Positions 11,283-21,326 are shown, numbered from the stretch's first letter. The stretch is DNA of 64,000 bases from Nitrospirota bacterium (GCA_963751455.1 CAVVUN010000015.1:256001-320000), one strand, 5' to 3'. Notes: a model not told the origin generated them from the letters alone. Translations and numbers: made by a program.

Positions 11283-11690
11283 ATGAGCCAGGAGACTATA
11301 ATAAAAACAGTGCTTGCATTTTATCCGGATGCAGAGGCTATCTACCTTTTCGGGTCCTATCTGACGCCGCATGAACAAAAGGACAGTGATGTAGACCTTG
11401 CCGTTCTTCTTTCTCCCGCCAAGGCCAAGCTTCTCGGAAGTCCAGCAATGAGCGAATGCCGGAATGCGCTTGAAGACGCCTTAAGGAGGACCGTGGACCT
11501 TATCAACCTGCGGATGGTAAATACCGTTTTTCAGAATGAAATCATCCAGGAAAGCAGGCTTATTTACAAGCAGAACGAGTATGTCACCGATGTTTTCGAG
11601 ATGCAGGTCATGTCAGCCTATCAGAAGCTGAACGAAGAACGCGCGGGCATTCTGGAAGATATATTTGAAAGCGGGAGAATACTGCGATGA
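11283..11690 (+). CDS. MNT nucleotidyltransferase antitoxin (MntA-like)
   Basis: IYLFGS-x10-DVDLAV; overlaps downstream HEPN gene. Confidence 0.9.
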   Translation: MSQETIIKTVLAFYPDAEAIYLFGSYLTPHEQKDSDVDLAVLLSPAKAKLLGSPAMSECRNALEDALRRTVDLINLRMVNTVFQNEIIQESRLIYKQNEYVTDVFEMQVMSAYQKLNEERAGILEDIFESGRILR

Positions 11691-12109
11691 TGGACGTTAT
11701 CCTTAACAAGAAAGAGAGTGTCGAACGGTGCATCAGGCAAATTCGCGCCTATTATGACATGCATTCGGCCCTTCCGTTTGAAAAGGATTATTTAAAGCAG
11801 GACGCAATCGCGGCAAATCTTCAGCGCGCTGCCGAACAGGTCATCGACCTGGCGAATCATGTCATTCGAAAGAAAAAGCTCGGATTGCCGAAGGAAAGCA
11901 AGGAAAGTTTTGAGATACTTGCCGCCGCTGACATTATTCCGCAGGACCTTGCAGACAAATTAAAAGGCATGGTCGGGTTTCGCAATATCATGGTCCATCA
12001 ATACCAAGAAATGGACATTAAGATCATGATCGATGTGATCGAACACCATCTCGACGACCTGATTGTCTATACCAATCATCTCATTAAGTTCGGCCGCAGC
12101 TCATCCTGA
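11687..12109 (+). CDS. HEPN (DUF86) RNase toxin (HepT-like)
   Basis: GFRNIMVHQY (RxxxxH then QY). Confidence 0.9.
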   Translation: MMDVILNKKESVERCIRQIRAYYDMHSALPFEKDYLKQDAIAANLQRAAEQVIDLANHVIRKKKLGLPKESKESFEILAAADIIPQDLADKLKGMVGFRNIMVHQYQEMDIKIMIDVIEHHLDDLIVYTNHLIKFGRSSS

Positions 12110-12471
12110 CTTCCCCGGTTTCAAAGCCGCATTGTGAAATAAAATCAGGGCTCTTACTGATAATGACAGATTTGTAAAAAAGATTTGTCACAGAGTACAC
12201 ACCTTGCACCGCATGCATTCGCGCTGGAGCACTCATCCGCGCTTGGGGCAGGCTCGCGGTACCGTAATGCTTATACTCGTTGTCGTACCCTTTCGCTGAG
12301 TAAGGCTTAGACCCTTTGTCGACCACCGCACTGAGAAACGTGCGGCGGGAATCAATGACCGCAGAAACGGGAATCAAGGACCTCATAAGCGCTGGGTGCA
12401 GGCAGAGAGCACCGGAGTTAAACTTTAAGAAGGCAAGCCTTCTCAATAACCCCCCAAATTTCCTCCTTCCG

Positions 12472-15315
12472 TCACAAAGTCGGCTCATTTCCGGATGTAT
12501 CCTGACTCGAAAGCATAGACTGGACCATTACCCGAAACCTCTCCGGGGCGATATCCAAGATCAAGTCAATGTTGGCATGACGGTAGATATTCACCCATTC
12601 TTCCTTGCGGCGAAGATCAAGTTTGGGATTGATGATATACCAGCCCGTTCTCACCCGTTTGAAAAGCTTTTTGCCGTACAGGTTCGTGCTGATTGTTTCA
12701 TTCTTTGACAGCAGAGAGGATATGTAGGCCCGCTTCTTCCGGTACGCGGGAATGACGCTGTCGGGCAGCCCGGCGATCATGTCCGCAAGCTCGACGGCCT
12801 TGACCGGCACGAGGTCCGCGTACCTGTTGTTGAGCCGGGTATGCATGATGGCAAAAAATATATTAAACAATAGAAACTCGCCCTGACTTGCGTCGATCTT
12901 GATCAGCCGGTCGTCTGCCTTGAGGCTCACGCTGCCCTGCGTGAGCAGCTCGTGCACGGCAGGGAATAAATCAGTGGCAAATTTCTTGTCCTGCATGGCC
13001 CTCTGCAGAGCGCCCTGCCACGCGGTGAGACCGTAATTGTCGGCAAGTTCGCCGTCCGCGCCTGAGGCCAGCAATTCCCTCACGAGCGCGGCATTTCCGG
13101 CTACCGCGGCAAGCATGAGCGGCGTCTTGTTGAAGATCGTGCGGTGGTCCACGCCGTAGGTATCACACTGCCTGATAATACCCTGGTAGAATTTCCCCGA
13201 GTACTCCTGAAAATATCGTGACGTGACGCCCAGCCTTTGCTGCGCATAGAGCTGCTCGTTCAGATACCGGGCGCCATGCTCAGTATAGAAAAGTTGTTTT
13301 GCCTTGTCAAAGCCGTGCTGACTAAGCATGTCGATCATTCGCGGTTCATTATAAAACAGGGCGTAATCAAAGAGCGTCTTTCCTGGTTTTTGTGAAACTT
13401 CTTTCGGATCGCGCGAACGAGCGAGCAGCTCTCTGACCCTTTTGGGCACGCATACTTCCCACGGCACGGGCTGCGTCTTCAGGATATCGCGCCTGATCTC
13501 GTCGGCCTGGTCCTGCCTGCCCTGAAGCTCGAGTTTGTGCGCCTCGGCCTGCCACTCCTCGATGCTCGACTGTTTGACGTCGATGGTTACGTTTTCCCGC
13601 GCGTTCCGCAGGCCCAGCATGCGGATGAGGGGATGGTTCGTATCGCTCTCGATCAGATACAGCCGCTGCACGGCGCGGGTAACCGCGACGTACAGGGAGT
13701 TGACAAAGAATTTGTAAACCTCGAGCGACTTGTCGGTCTTATCCCGTGCGCGCCGGTACTCAAGATCGCCGCTTAAGTCCTGCTCGCTCACCCCTTCGAT
13801 GAGCTCCCCGAAACTGGCCCGCTCATTCGATATGAAGTTGACCAGGATAACGTTTTCGTATTCAAGCCCCTTCGCCTCCTGGATGCTGAACAAGAGCGGC
13901 GTATCGAAGAATGCGCGCACTGCTGCCTTATCCTCGTCCCGCATGACGAGAACGGCGAATTTCGCGGAGCGCCTTGTCGTCTTGCTCAGGTCCCGCTTCG
14001 CCCTGTCCGTGTCCTTCAGGAATACCAGCTCTCCGTTCGCGTCCGACACGCTATTCATTAGGTAATTGCTTTCCCGGTCGATGGACCCGAAGCGTTTTTG
14101 CTTTATCCGCAGCAGCGTGTTGGCTAATTCCGTCACTGAAACGGAATTTCGGAAATTGGACTGAAGTATTCTCGTCACCTTGCCCGATTCCAAAGACTCG
14201 GCGCTGTAGAGCATGGTCTTGAGGCCGCTCCAGGAAAAGAAGTTAGGGTGGACGATCTGGTTGGAGTCTCCGCAGAGAATGAAATCCTCCTGCTTCTTAA
14301 GGCTCTTCAGAATCAGTGTGAGCTCGATATTCGTGATATCCTGCACTTCGTCTACGACGATGAAGTCGTAATCCTGCCTTGCGTGTGCAAGGTAGCCGTG
14401 CGCCAGGATATTGGGATCGTACCAACCGTTCTCCCTGAGAAAAATAAGGTACTTGTCGAACAGCGTGTACACCAGCGCTCGCTCTTCAGCGAGATAGATG
14501 GACTGCCGGACCCCGAGGCCGAGATATTCCTCCCGGGAGAGAAACGGCTTGTCCACGATGGAGCCGGTGATCACGCCGCGGAACTCCTCATAGAGGCGAT
14601 GGACGTCGGAGACGCGCTGCTGCCGGGGAATGCGCATGAGCCATTTGACGAACGCGCTGTACGTGATTTCTCTGCCTTCCGGCACCCGCATCGTCTCCAT
14701 GAACTCCCGGAATGACAGAAATGAAACTTCCTGGTCGTCGTTTTCATAATGATGAGAGTAGTAAACGTTCCTCGAATTGTCCGCAAGATACCGCGACAGC
14801 GTGACATACAGGACCCGGCCGTAAGCGCGCTTCATCCTTTCCAAGGTAAGGGCCGTCTTTCCGCTGCCTGCCGGACCGATTATGATGAGCGGCGAGGGAT
14901 GATGATAGGCGTCCTGCTGCTCCGGGTCAAAGGAGATGATCTTGTCCAGAAAGTGAAACCGGGTTGCCGATGGGTTCAGGTACCTTAGGGTGGGGACGCT
15001 ATCGTCTTTAAAGGACGATTGCTCAACGGCCAAGATCTTCGATTCGTCCACTTTGACTCCGCGAAGGAACTTCGATTTGTTATAAGCATGATTCAGCACG
15101 AGCTCGAGAATGAGGGCATAACGCTCTCCCTCGAAGGTCATGATCTTGAAGAGCAGGCGGTTGCTGTCGTCGAGCTTGGCCCGATAGAGGTCCTGCTCCG
15201 CCAGCTTTTTGACCTCTGCGGAATAGAAATCCTCCTTTTCGAGAAAGCCCAGGAGCTTTTGGTACTGACGTTTTACCTTCGACGTGTCGAGATCCGCGTA
15301 TTCAAGAATTTTCAC
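12472..15315 (-). CDS. UvrD-like SF1 helicase with RelE-like N-terminus and C-terminal ankyrin repeats
   Basis: GPAGSGKT, VDEVQD, GDSNQ, NFRN, AKGLEY, YVAVTRA; ankyrin KTPLMLAAVAGNAALVRELLASGAD. Confidence 0.88.
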   Translation of the reverse strand: MKILEYADLDTSKVKRQYQKLLGFLEKEDFYSAEVKKLAEQDLYRAKLDDSNRLLFKIMTFEGERYALILELVLNHAYNKSKFLRGVKVDESKILAVEQSSFKDDSVPTLRYLNPSATRFHFLDKIISFDPEQQDAYHHPSPLIIIGPAGSGKTALTLERMKRAYGRVLYVTLSRYLADNSRNVYYSHHYENDDQEVSFLSFREFMETMRVPEGREITYSAFVKWLMRIPRQQRVSDVHRLYEEFRGVITGSIVDKPFLSREEYLGLGVRQSIYLAEERALVYTLFDKYLIFLRENGWYDPNILAHGYLAHARQDYDFIVVDEVQDITNIELTLILKSLKKQEDFILCGDSNQIVHPNFFSWSGLKTMLYSAESLESGKVTRILQSNFRNSVSVTELANTLLRIKQKRFGSIDRESNYLMNSVSDANGELVFLKDTDRAKRDLSKTTRRSAKFAVLVMRDEDKAAVRAFFDTPLLFSIQEAKGLEYENVILVNFISNERASFGELIEGVSEQDLSGDLEYRRARDKTDKSLEVYKFFVNSLYVAVTRAVQRLYLIESDTNHPLIRMLGLRNARENVTIDVKQSSIEEWQAEAHKLELQGRQDQADEIRRDILKTQPVPWEVCVPKRVRELLARSRDPKEVSQKPGKTLFDYALFYNEPRMIDMLSQHGFDKAKQLFYTEHGARYLNEQLYAQQRLGVTSRYFQEYSGKFYQGIIRQCDTYGVDHRTIFNKTPLMLAAVAGNAALVRELLASGADGELADNYGLTAWQGALQRAMQDKKFATDLFPAVHELLTQGSVSLKADDRLIKIDASQGEFLLFNIFFAIMHTRLNNRYADLVPVKAVELADMIAGLPDSVIPAYRKKRAYISSLLSKNETISTNLYGKKLFKRVRTGWYIINPKLDLRRKEEWVNIYRHANIDLILDIAPERFRVMVQSMLSSQDTSGNEPTL

Positions 15316-15558
15316 GATTCAATAGCCTTTTATAATAGGTTCATTGCGAATGCAGACATAGAATATACCAAATAAAGCAGCCGCTGCAACTCTAAAAATA
15401 ATCGCGCAAGTTAAAAAATGAACAAAGGAGAAGCGGCAAGAGCTCCAATTGCTAAGTTCTGTTTTTATGGAATCCAAAGCAGTGGCAGATTCTGCAATAA
15501 ACGCTTGAAGGCGCAAAAGGGTTATGATAGACTCTGTTACAGATAAGGATTTGTTATC

Positions 15559-15846
15559 ATGGCGACAGCGCTGAACGAAGAAAAGAGAAAAATCGTCACT
15601 CAGGCACTCTGGGATCTCAATATGACTCCGGACGATTTTGTCGGAATCATCAAGGGGACCGTACAGCGAAACTGGCCTTCGAGGGGTTTTTGCGTGGCGC
15701 GGCTCCTTGAAAGTGTAAACTGGTTTGACATCGTCAAGATATTTCCCCCCGCTGAGATCTGTGCTGTCTGGGAGGAAACTGAAAAATACCTTCGGAGCGA
15801 ATCGATCCGGAAAGGGATGGAATTTGCCTGCCGAACACTACGCTAA
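15559..15846 (+). CDS. Small helical protein, putative partner of the AbiEii toxin
   Basis: LWD..., VARLLE motifs; overlaps the AbiEii gene. Confidence 0.65.
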   Translation: MATALNEEKRKIVTQALWDLNMTPDDFVGIIKGTVQRNWPSRGFCVARLLESVNWFDIVKIFPPAEICAVWEETEKYLRSESIRKGMEFACRTLR

Positions 15847-16474
15847 CGTTCTGTATCCCCTGCAGGACAAAGTCGTTGCGCTTTTCAAGAATACGCCATT
15901 CTATCTTACTGGCGGCACCGCCCTATCCAGAGGCTATTTTCAACACCGCTATTCGGATGACCTCGACTACTTCGTAAACGACCACCCCGACTTTAGTCGC
16001 ATAGCAGAACGGCAGATCGCAAAGCTCGGTTCTCTTTTTAACGAAGTAGATATAGCGCTTCGAGCAGACAACTTCACCCGATTGTTCGTTTCCGCCGAGC
16101 GGTTGAAGATCGAGCTGATCAACGATGTGCCGGCCCATATCGGAAGGCGTGTCGAGCATCCGACGCTCGGCATTATCGATTCGAAGGAAAACATCCTCGC
16201 TAATAAGATAACGGCACTTGTAGACCGCAGCATGCCCAAAGATGTCGCCGACATCTATTTCCTGCTTAAAGATGGGTTGAGTATCAAGCAGGCGCTCGTC
16301 AACGCCGACAGCAAGGCCGCCGGGATATCGCCGCTGCTCGTGGCAAAAATTCTCGCGGAGTTCGATTATGCGCTCCTTGATACCGAGATCAAATGGAGTA
16401 GCCCCATTCCCGCAGATGTCATTCGACATTATCTAACGGACATCTCGAGAAAAATCATCATGGGCAATGTATAG
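15824..16474 (+). CDS. AbiEii/AbiGii nucleotidyltransferase toxin
   Basis: FYLTGGTAL, HRYSDDLD, ANKITAL..R, KDVAD; TTG start inferred. Confidence 0.88.
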   Translation: MPAEHYANVLYPLQDKVVALFKNTPFYLTGGTALSRGYFQHRYSDDLDYFVNDHPDFSRIAERQIAKLGSLFNEVDIALRADNFTRLFVSAERLKIELINDVPAHIGRRVEHPTLGIIDSKENILANKITALVDRSMPKDVADIYFLLKDGLSIKQALVNADSKAAGISPLLVAKILAEFDYALLDTEIKWSSPIPADVIRHYLTDISRKIIMGNV

Positions 16475-16499
16475 AGTTTGCTCGGGGAACTTCAATTTT

Positions 16500-16581
16500 T
16501 TCCTGTACTACGACATATAAAACTCTTTGTCCATCCGATGCGTCGAAAGCCGGAATCTCTATAAAGGGATTCCGGTTTTTT
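16500..16581 (+). repeat. Right, diverged copy of glnA 3' end plus terminator
   Basis: ttcctgtactacgacatataa encodes FLYYDI*, identical in protein to the GlnA C-terminus, followed by the same terminator. Confidence 0.9.
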
Positions 16582-16687
16582 CATTCATGCCCCGGCTGAT
16601 TCTGCGAGATTGGGTTAGTATTCAGAATGACCGTATTAGTGGTAGAATTTATTCATGGATGTATCGGTTCAGCAAAGGAGGTATATC

Positions 16688-17407
16688 ATGATCAAGGTCC
16701 GTGATCCAGACAGTATTTATCAAATCGATGGCGAAATTACGAACGGGACTTTCCACGGCAGGTGGCATTTCGCTTTCGGCGATTATTATGATTCCCGATT
16801 CGAGGATTTCGGCACGCTTCGTGTTTTTAATGACGATACGCTATCACCCGGCGCAGTCTGGCCGCTTCATCCGCACCGCGATAATGAGGTGGTCACGTAC
16901 GTTGCGGGCGGTGAATTCAGGCATGAGGATGAGCGCGGCAAAGGCGGCATTCTGAAGAAAGGATGGGTGCAGCACACGACAGTTGGCCGCGGGATGTGGC
17001 ACTCGGAGATCAACAACCGCCCTGATCAGCCGCTGCGGTTCATTCAGATGTGGTTCTACCCGGCAAGGCGCGGTCTGGAACCGTCGGTAGAACAGAAGGC
17101 GGTCGAGCAGAAGGACAGGACCGACCGTTTTCTGCCGCTTGTATCAAACCGGAAAGAAGGCACCCTCCCGATCGTTTCCGATGCCCGGATCTTTTCCAGT
17201 TTTCTTCATGCCGGAAAGACGCAGCGTTATGAGATGGAAACCGGACGCGGAATATACCTGTACGTGCTTGAAGGAGGACCGGTAAGCGTGAACAGCATCA
17301 TGGTCCCGGCACTAGGTTCTGCCATGATCACCGAAGAAAAAGAGATCGAGGTCGTTTCCGAACAGGATGCCGAGCTTCTCCTCGTGGATGTTAAAAATAG
17401 CCGGTAG
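16688..17407 (+). CDS. Pirin family protein
   Basis: FGTLRVFNDD, HPHRDNEVVTY, HSEIN, FIQMW. Confidence 0.92.
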   Translation: MIKVRDPDSIYQIDGEITNGTFHGRWHFAFGDYYDSRFEDFGTLRVFNDDTLSPGAVWPLHPHRDNEVVTYVAGGEFRHEDERGKGGILKKGWVQHTTVGRGMWHSEINNRPDQPLRFIQMWFYPARRGLEPSVEQKAVEQKDRTDRFLPLVSNRKEGTLPIVSDARIFSSFLHAGKTQRYEMETGRGIYLYVLEGGPVSVNSIMVPALGSAMITEEKEIEVVSEQDAELLLVDVKNSR

Positions 17408-17435
17408 GTTGGGCAAATGAATGACCTTGCCCAAC
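17404..17435 (+). repeat. GTAG-type REP-like palindrome
   Basis: gtag gttgggcaa ... ttgcccaac. Confidence 0.5.
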
Positions 17436-17909
17436 GTTTTATCATGCCTGGGCTATAACAGCCAACTCACCGATTTTAATTTTGAGTCACGTTTTTGGCA
17501 TCCAACAATAACAACAAACCTCTTAGCCCGATATTTTCCCGCGATCCTATGCCAGGTCTCGAGCATTTGCTTTTCCTTATTCGGGAAAGTGTGTCCTCGC
17601 CAATATTTCCATCTGAATAGACAACAATGTTTACCTTGACAGGCCTAAAAGCATAAAATATACTCGGCCTTAGTAGATTACCTAATGTTGCACAAATTTC
17701 GTCCTGCCAATTCCGTAATTCTGTATTTGGCAGGGCGGTATCTTCGGGCAGCAAGAAGTGCACATTACTTATCAAAAATGTGCAATTTTCACCCCAGTAT
17801 TACCGGATTTTCGGAAATGCCGGGACGGTTTCCGTCCCTTCAAACACTTGTTGGAATTTACCAACCACACGCTCGACTCTACGTTCCGAGAGTCAGCGGG
17901 CCACAAAGT

Positions 17910-18122
17910 CAGGACAATATCTTCGTGGAACGGCTATGGCGGAGCGTAATGTGATCTATCGAACAGCGAACGGCGGTGGAGCAAGGATTGTGGATAAATT
18001 CAAAGAGCGAAAAGAACCTCAGGGAGAGGTAGAAACCGGGGCAGCGCCATGCAGCTGCGGCTTGGTCGGTTACCATCTTAATCTCACCCCTTTATTGTCT
18101 TGACAGAGGGGTCCACTTAACA
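17910..18122 (+). mobile_element. IS3-family remnant (transposase fragment plus right end)
   Basis: DNIFVERLWRSV fragment; terminal tgtcttgacagaggggtccacttaaca. Confidence 0.75.
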
Positions 18123-18355
18123 GATATAAAGAAGTCATTGCTGAAATAGAATCTAATCATGTTTTATCACGACAAGAAGCACGCGAAGACGAAAGCCTGT
18201 CTATTTCCCGCAAAGCTTTAACAATCTCAGAAGAAGCTAATTCAATTTCAGATAAAGCCCGTCGATATGCTCTGTGGGCCAATATTATGGCTGCTATTGC
18301 ACTCGCACTAACTATGCTCATGGCAATAATCGAATACAAATCTAAGACCCCATGA
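18123..18355 (+). pseudogene. 5'-truncated cassette-like ORF with C-terminal TM helix
   Basis: Open frame ...SDKARRYALWANIMAAIALALTMLMAIIEYKSKTP* starts at the IS end; its stop overlaps the attC. Confidence 0.5.
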
Positions 18356-18413
18356 TCCAACAAACGGATCGACACGGTCGCTTTAAAACGCGCCGGTCAT
18401 CCTGGCGTTCTCC
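18355..18413 (+). other. Integron attC-like site (59 bp)
   Basis: ATCCAAC-AAACG-GAT[C]GAC[A]CGG...CCGGTCATC-CTGGC-GTT: R boxes, 5-nt spacers and two unpaired bases. Confidence 0.75.
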
Positions 18414-18471
18414 CGGCGCTTCGCGCCGCGAGAATCCCGGGGCTGAGCCGGAGCCCCTAATAGAAATTAAA

Positions 18472-18702
18472 ATGATTAATATTACAAAATTCCGACACGT
18501 TGCAATTATAGTCAAAGATTTACAAAGAATGCTTGATTTTTATACTAAAATTATGGGTTTTAACATAAAACGTACCTTTAAAATCGAATCGGAAGATTTC
18601 AGAAAAGGGATAAATATTCCTAACGCTAGAGCAAAAGGTGCTCACCTTATTCACCCGAACTTGGACATCGAAATTGAACTCTTTCAATTTAGCTTGGTCT
18701 GA
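18472..18702 (+). pseudogene. VOC/glyoxalase family, N-terminal half
   Basis: FRHVAIIVKDLQRMLDFY..MGF, IELFQF. Confidence 0.75.
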
Positions 18703-18824
18703 CCCGGCAGACAGGCTCCTGTCAAGAAGCATGCTCCGACCTATTCCTCAGGCTCCATTTTGCCCATACAAATACCCATATATTTATATTGCTTTTGTAG
18801 CCTAATCCATGATAAGGTATATCA

Positions 18825-19103
18825 ATGAGGAAAACCACGTTTGAATGGGATGAGGAGAAAGATAAAGAAAACCGGAAAAAGCATGATGTATCTTTCTCGC
18901 TTGCTCAACATGCATTTCTTGATCCTCATCGTATCATAGTCGAAGATATCGAGCATAGCACAGAGGAAGATAGATATTACTGTATTGGCCGTGTTGGTGG
19001 AGGCATAATGACGGTACGGTTCACATATAGAGGAAATGTTATCCGCATTTACGGCGCCGGATATTGGAGGAAAGGAAAAAAGATATATGAAGAACAAAAT
19101 TAA
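18825..19103 (+). CDS. BrnT family toxin
   Basis: FEWDEEK...N..KH.VSF, EDRY, TVRFTYR...IRI. Confidence 0.9.
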   Translation: MRKTTFEWDEEKDKENRKKHDVSFSLAQHAFLDPHRIIVEDIEHSTEEDRYYCIGRVGGGIMTVRFTYRGNVIRIYGAGYWRKGKKIYEEQN

Positions 19104-19326
19104 ATATTCAGATGAACCAATGGGGAAATTGAAAGTTGTTGATGATTTTCTTCCGCCGCCGGAGCAGTTAGTTCTTAAAGAGGATAACGTTAAAGTAACG
19201 ATTGCCTTAAAGAAATCAAGTGTTGAATTCTTTAAGAAAGAGGCTAAGAAACATCACACCTCGTATCAAAAAATGATTCGTCAGCTTGTGGATTGGTATA
19301 CGTCGCACCATCAAAAGAGCGCTTAA
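19087..19326 (+). CDS. BrnA/CopG-like antitoxin
   Basis: DFLPPPEQL, KVTIAL, SYQKMIR. Confidence 0.85.
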   Translation: MKNKIKYSDEPMGKLKVVDDFLPPPEQLVLKEDNVKVTIALKKSSVEFFKKEAKKHHTSYQKMIRQLVDWYTSHHQKSA

Positions 19327-19385
19327 GGCGGTGATTTCTCACCGCCTTGTTTTTATCGATGCATCCAGCTTTTAATTCCGTGATC

Positions 19386-19694
19386 CTATGCTTTTTCCGA
19401 AGCAGCCTGCCGGATTGCTGTTGGCGCTGATACCACATACCCCATGAGCGTGCCGATCAGGCCGCCGATCACCAGGCTCACCGCTGCTGCAGCTGCGATG
19501 CCGACCATAATCCCGATGACCACCGCTGCCCGCACGAAAAGCGTCGGTTCCACCGCACCCATCAGCTTCTGCAGAAGAATCAAAGTCCCGAACGATCCGA
19601 AGTAGAACCCCGGCACGATCCCGAATACTGCGAACACCAGCCCGCCTGCTGTAGCCCCGATCCTCATTCCTGTTTTAATGGCCTCGTTCTTCAT
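19386..19694 (-). CDS. Small Gly/Ala-rich membrane protein
   Basis: Hydrophobic ~102 aa, FGIVPGFYFG; SD AGGAG before MKNE. Confidence 0.8.
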   Translation of the reverse strand: MKNEAIKTGMRIGATAGGLVFAVFGIVPGFYFGSFGTLILLQKLMGAVEPTLFVRAAVVIGIMVGIAAAAAVSLVIGGLIGTLMGYVVSAPTAIRQAASEKA

Positions 19695-19793
19695 GGCTAT
19701 CTCCTTTCTGCCGCAGCTAATGGATTTTGAACCCCGTTTGTTGCTCAATCTATATTAAGATAAGTCACGTGCCGAATTGCGCGGTTGACCGGT

Positions 19794-20105
19794 TCACTTT
19801 GAATGAGTCTCTGCAACAACGGGGTGAACCATCAGGCCCATTGCCTGACCGATTAACCAGCCGATTGACGATGAAGCCGTGGTGATCATGATGCCCGATA
19901 CCATCACACCGAGAAGCATGGAGCCCATGACGATCATGCGTGAAAGGAGTCCCGGCTCAAGAGGAAGACCGAACAGCATGCCCGCCGCGCTCACTCCCAT
20001 GGCGCCTCCGATGAGGCTTCCCGGCAGCAATCCGAAAAGTCCGAACAGAACCAGTCCTGCACCCGCTCCTGCGTAAGCACCCTGTTTTGATTTTGAGGTC
20101 TTCAT
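19794..20105 (-). CDS. Small Gly/Ala-rich membrane protein, paralog of neighbour
   Basis: GAGAGLVLF..FGLLPGSLIGG; SD AGGAGG before MKTS. Confidence 0.8.
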   Translation of the reverse strand: MKTSKSKQGAYAGAGAGLVLFGLFGLLPGSLIGGAMGVSAAGMLFGLPLEPGLLSRMIVMGSMLLGVMVSGIMITTASSSIGWLIGQAMGLMVHPVVAETHSK

Positions 20106-20144
20106 TTTCGTTTCCTCCTTTTCGCGTCGTCTTGCCTTTGTAAT

Positions 20145-20161
20145 TGCATCAGTCATGCCAA
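20145..20161 (-). promoter_or_regulatory. Sigma54 promoter
   Basis: TTGGCATGACTGATGCA, GG-N10-GC, ~40 nt upstream of the start codon. Confidence 0.7.
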
Positions 20162-20373
20162 AGAGTAAGGTGCTGATTTTGCTGGGATCAGGGGAAGAAG
20201 GTCTTTTGCAGAAGTGAGAAGAATCGGCGGAGCTTTTTTAGAGATGCAAAACTGATCCGTAGTTTAGTGGTTGAGCGGTTGAGTAGTTGAGTGGAACGAA
20301 ATCGCCAAAAAGCCCCACCTGTTTAACTTGGCTGCATGAATTTGATCCGCGGTTTAGCGATATAATTAATACC

Positions 20374-20559
20374 ATGAAGCTCTCCGACCTGCTGGATGAC
20401 CGCTTCATCGGGGTGAACCTCAGGGCGCGTGATCAGAAAGGCTCCCTCGAGGAGATGGTCGGCATACTGAAGCGAGCGGGAAAGATTGACGATCCCAGGC
20501 AAATACTGAAGGCCCTTCTCGACCGGGAGGCTTCGGGCAGCAGGATCTTCAAAGAGTAA
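20374..20559 (+). pseudogene. Truncated duplicate of the EIIA-ATPase 5' end
   Basis: MKLSDLLDD...DREASGS then similarity to 30759 ends. Confidence 0.9.
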
Positions 20560-20763
20560 TGAGTAATGGGTCACTTCTTTGCCCTTTAAATGGGCGACCC
20601 CATTCGATTTTCCTAACCCTCCTTGGGCTTATAGTTCCGGTAACATGAATTATGAGTCAACGATAAATTCTAGAATTCAGTTGGGTAACATTTAATTTGA
20701 GTCAATTCGGCTTTCTGTTAGAAGTAGCAAAAAATAAGTTTTTACTGTAGAATATTATATGAC

Positions 20764-21006
20764 ATGAGCGATTATGCCTTTACTGACTATTTTGAAAAAG
20801 AGGTTTTGAGAAAGCGTCCGTATCTTAAGAAAGAATGGTGCATACGAGTAATTCAAAATCCATTAAAAGTCGAGCCCCAAGAGCATAATCGGTTCCGCTT
20901 ATGGGGCATGATTGATGAACTTGACGGTCGTATTTTACGAGTGGTGACATTGGCAGACAAAAGAACCATTCATAATGCCTTTCCAGATCGGGGGTATAAG
21001 CCATGA
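20764..21006 (+). CDS. Putative toxin, BrnT/DUF4258-like
   Basis: LRVVTL....TIHNAFPDR; overlaps DUF2283 gene. Confidence 0.7.
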   Translation: MSDYAFTDYFEKEVLRKRPYLKKEWCIRVIQNPLKVEPQEHNRFRLWGMIDELDGRILRVVTLADKRTIHNAFPDRGYKP

Positions 21007-21221
21007 AACTGAATTACTACCCTGAGACCGATTCCCTTTATATCGATCTCTCGGAAAAAACAAGTGTAGAAAGTAAAGAGATTTCTGAAGGCGTCGTCCT
21101 TGACTATGACGAAGCCGGTAATTTGGTCGGAATAGATATTGATAATGCCAGCTTAAAAGTACAACTTAAAGAATTGATTCTCAATCGACTCCCCTCGGAC
21201 GTGCATACCGTTACAGCCTGA
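21003..21221 (+). CDS. DUF2283 family protein (putative antitoxin)
   Basis: YYPETDSLYI, GVVLDYD..GNLVGIDI. Confidence 0.88.
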   Translation: MKLNYYPETDSLYIDLSEKTSVESKEISEGVVLDYDEAGNLVGIDIDNASLKVQLKELILNRLPSDVHTVTA

Positions 21222-21266
21222 AAGTATTTCAACATTTTCAGTTTCATGCAGTATCTCAACGAATGA

Positions 21267-21326
21267 TTCCAACCTGCGCGTACACAGCGACGCGCCAGAC
21301 GCCGGCGCGTGACGCACGCGATATGC
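21267..21326 (+). other. attC-like site with non-canonical right box (GAT)
   Basis: TTCCAAC-CTGCG-CGT[A]CAC[A]GCG...CGCGTGACG-CACGC-GATATGC. Confidence 0.6.

Larger units (their letters stand above)
19325..20550. repeat. Copy A of ~1.2 kb direct duplication (copy B 29748-30935)
   Basis: Near-identical small genes, promoter region and first ~59 codons of the EIIA-ATPase. Confidence 0.95.

Noticed and set aside
17452-17475. Half attC on the minus strand (cggtgagt-tggct-gttatag)
   Set aside because: No matching left arm found.
19759-19776. Second sigma54 promoter CGGCACGTGACTTATC
   Set aside because: Lacks the -12 GC; uncertain.
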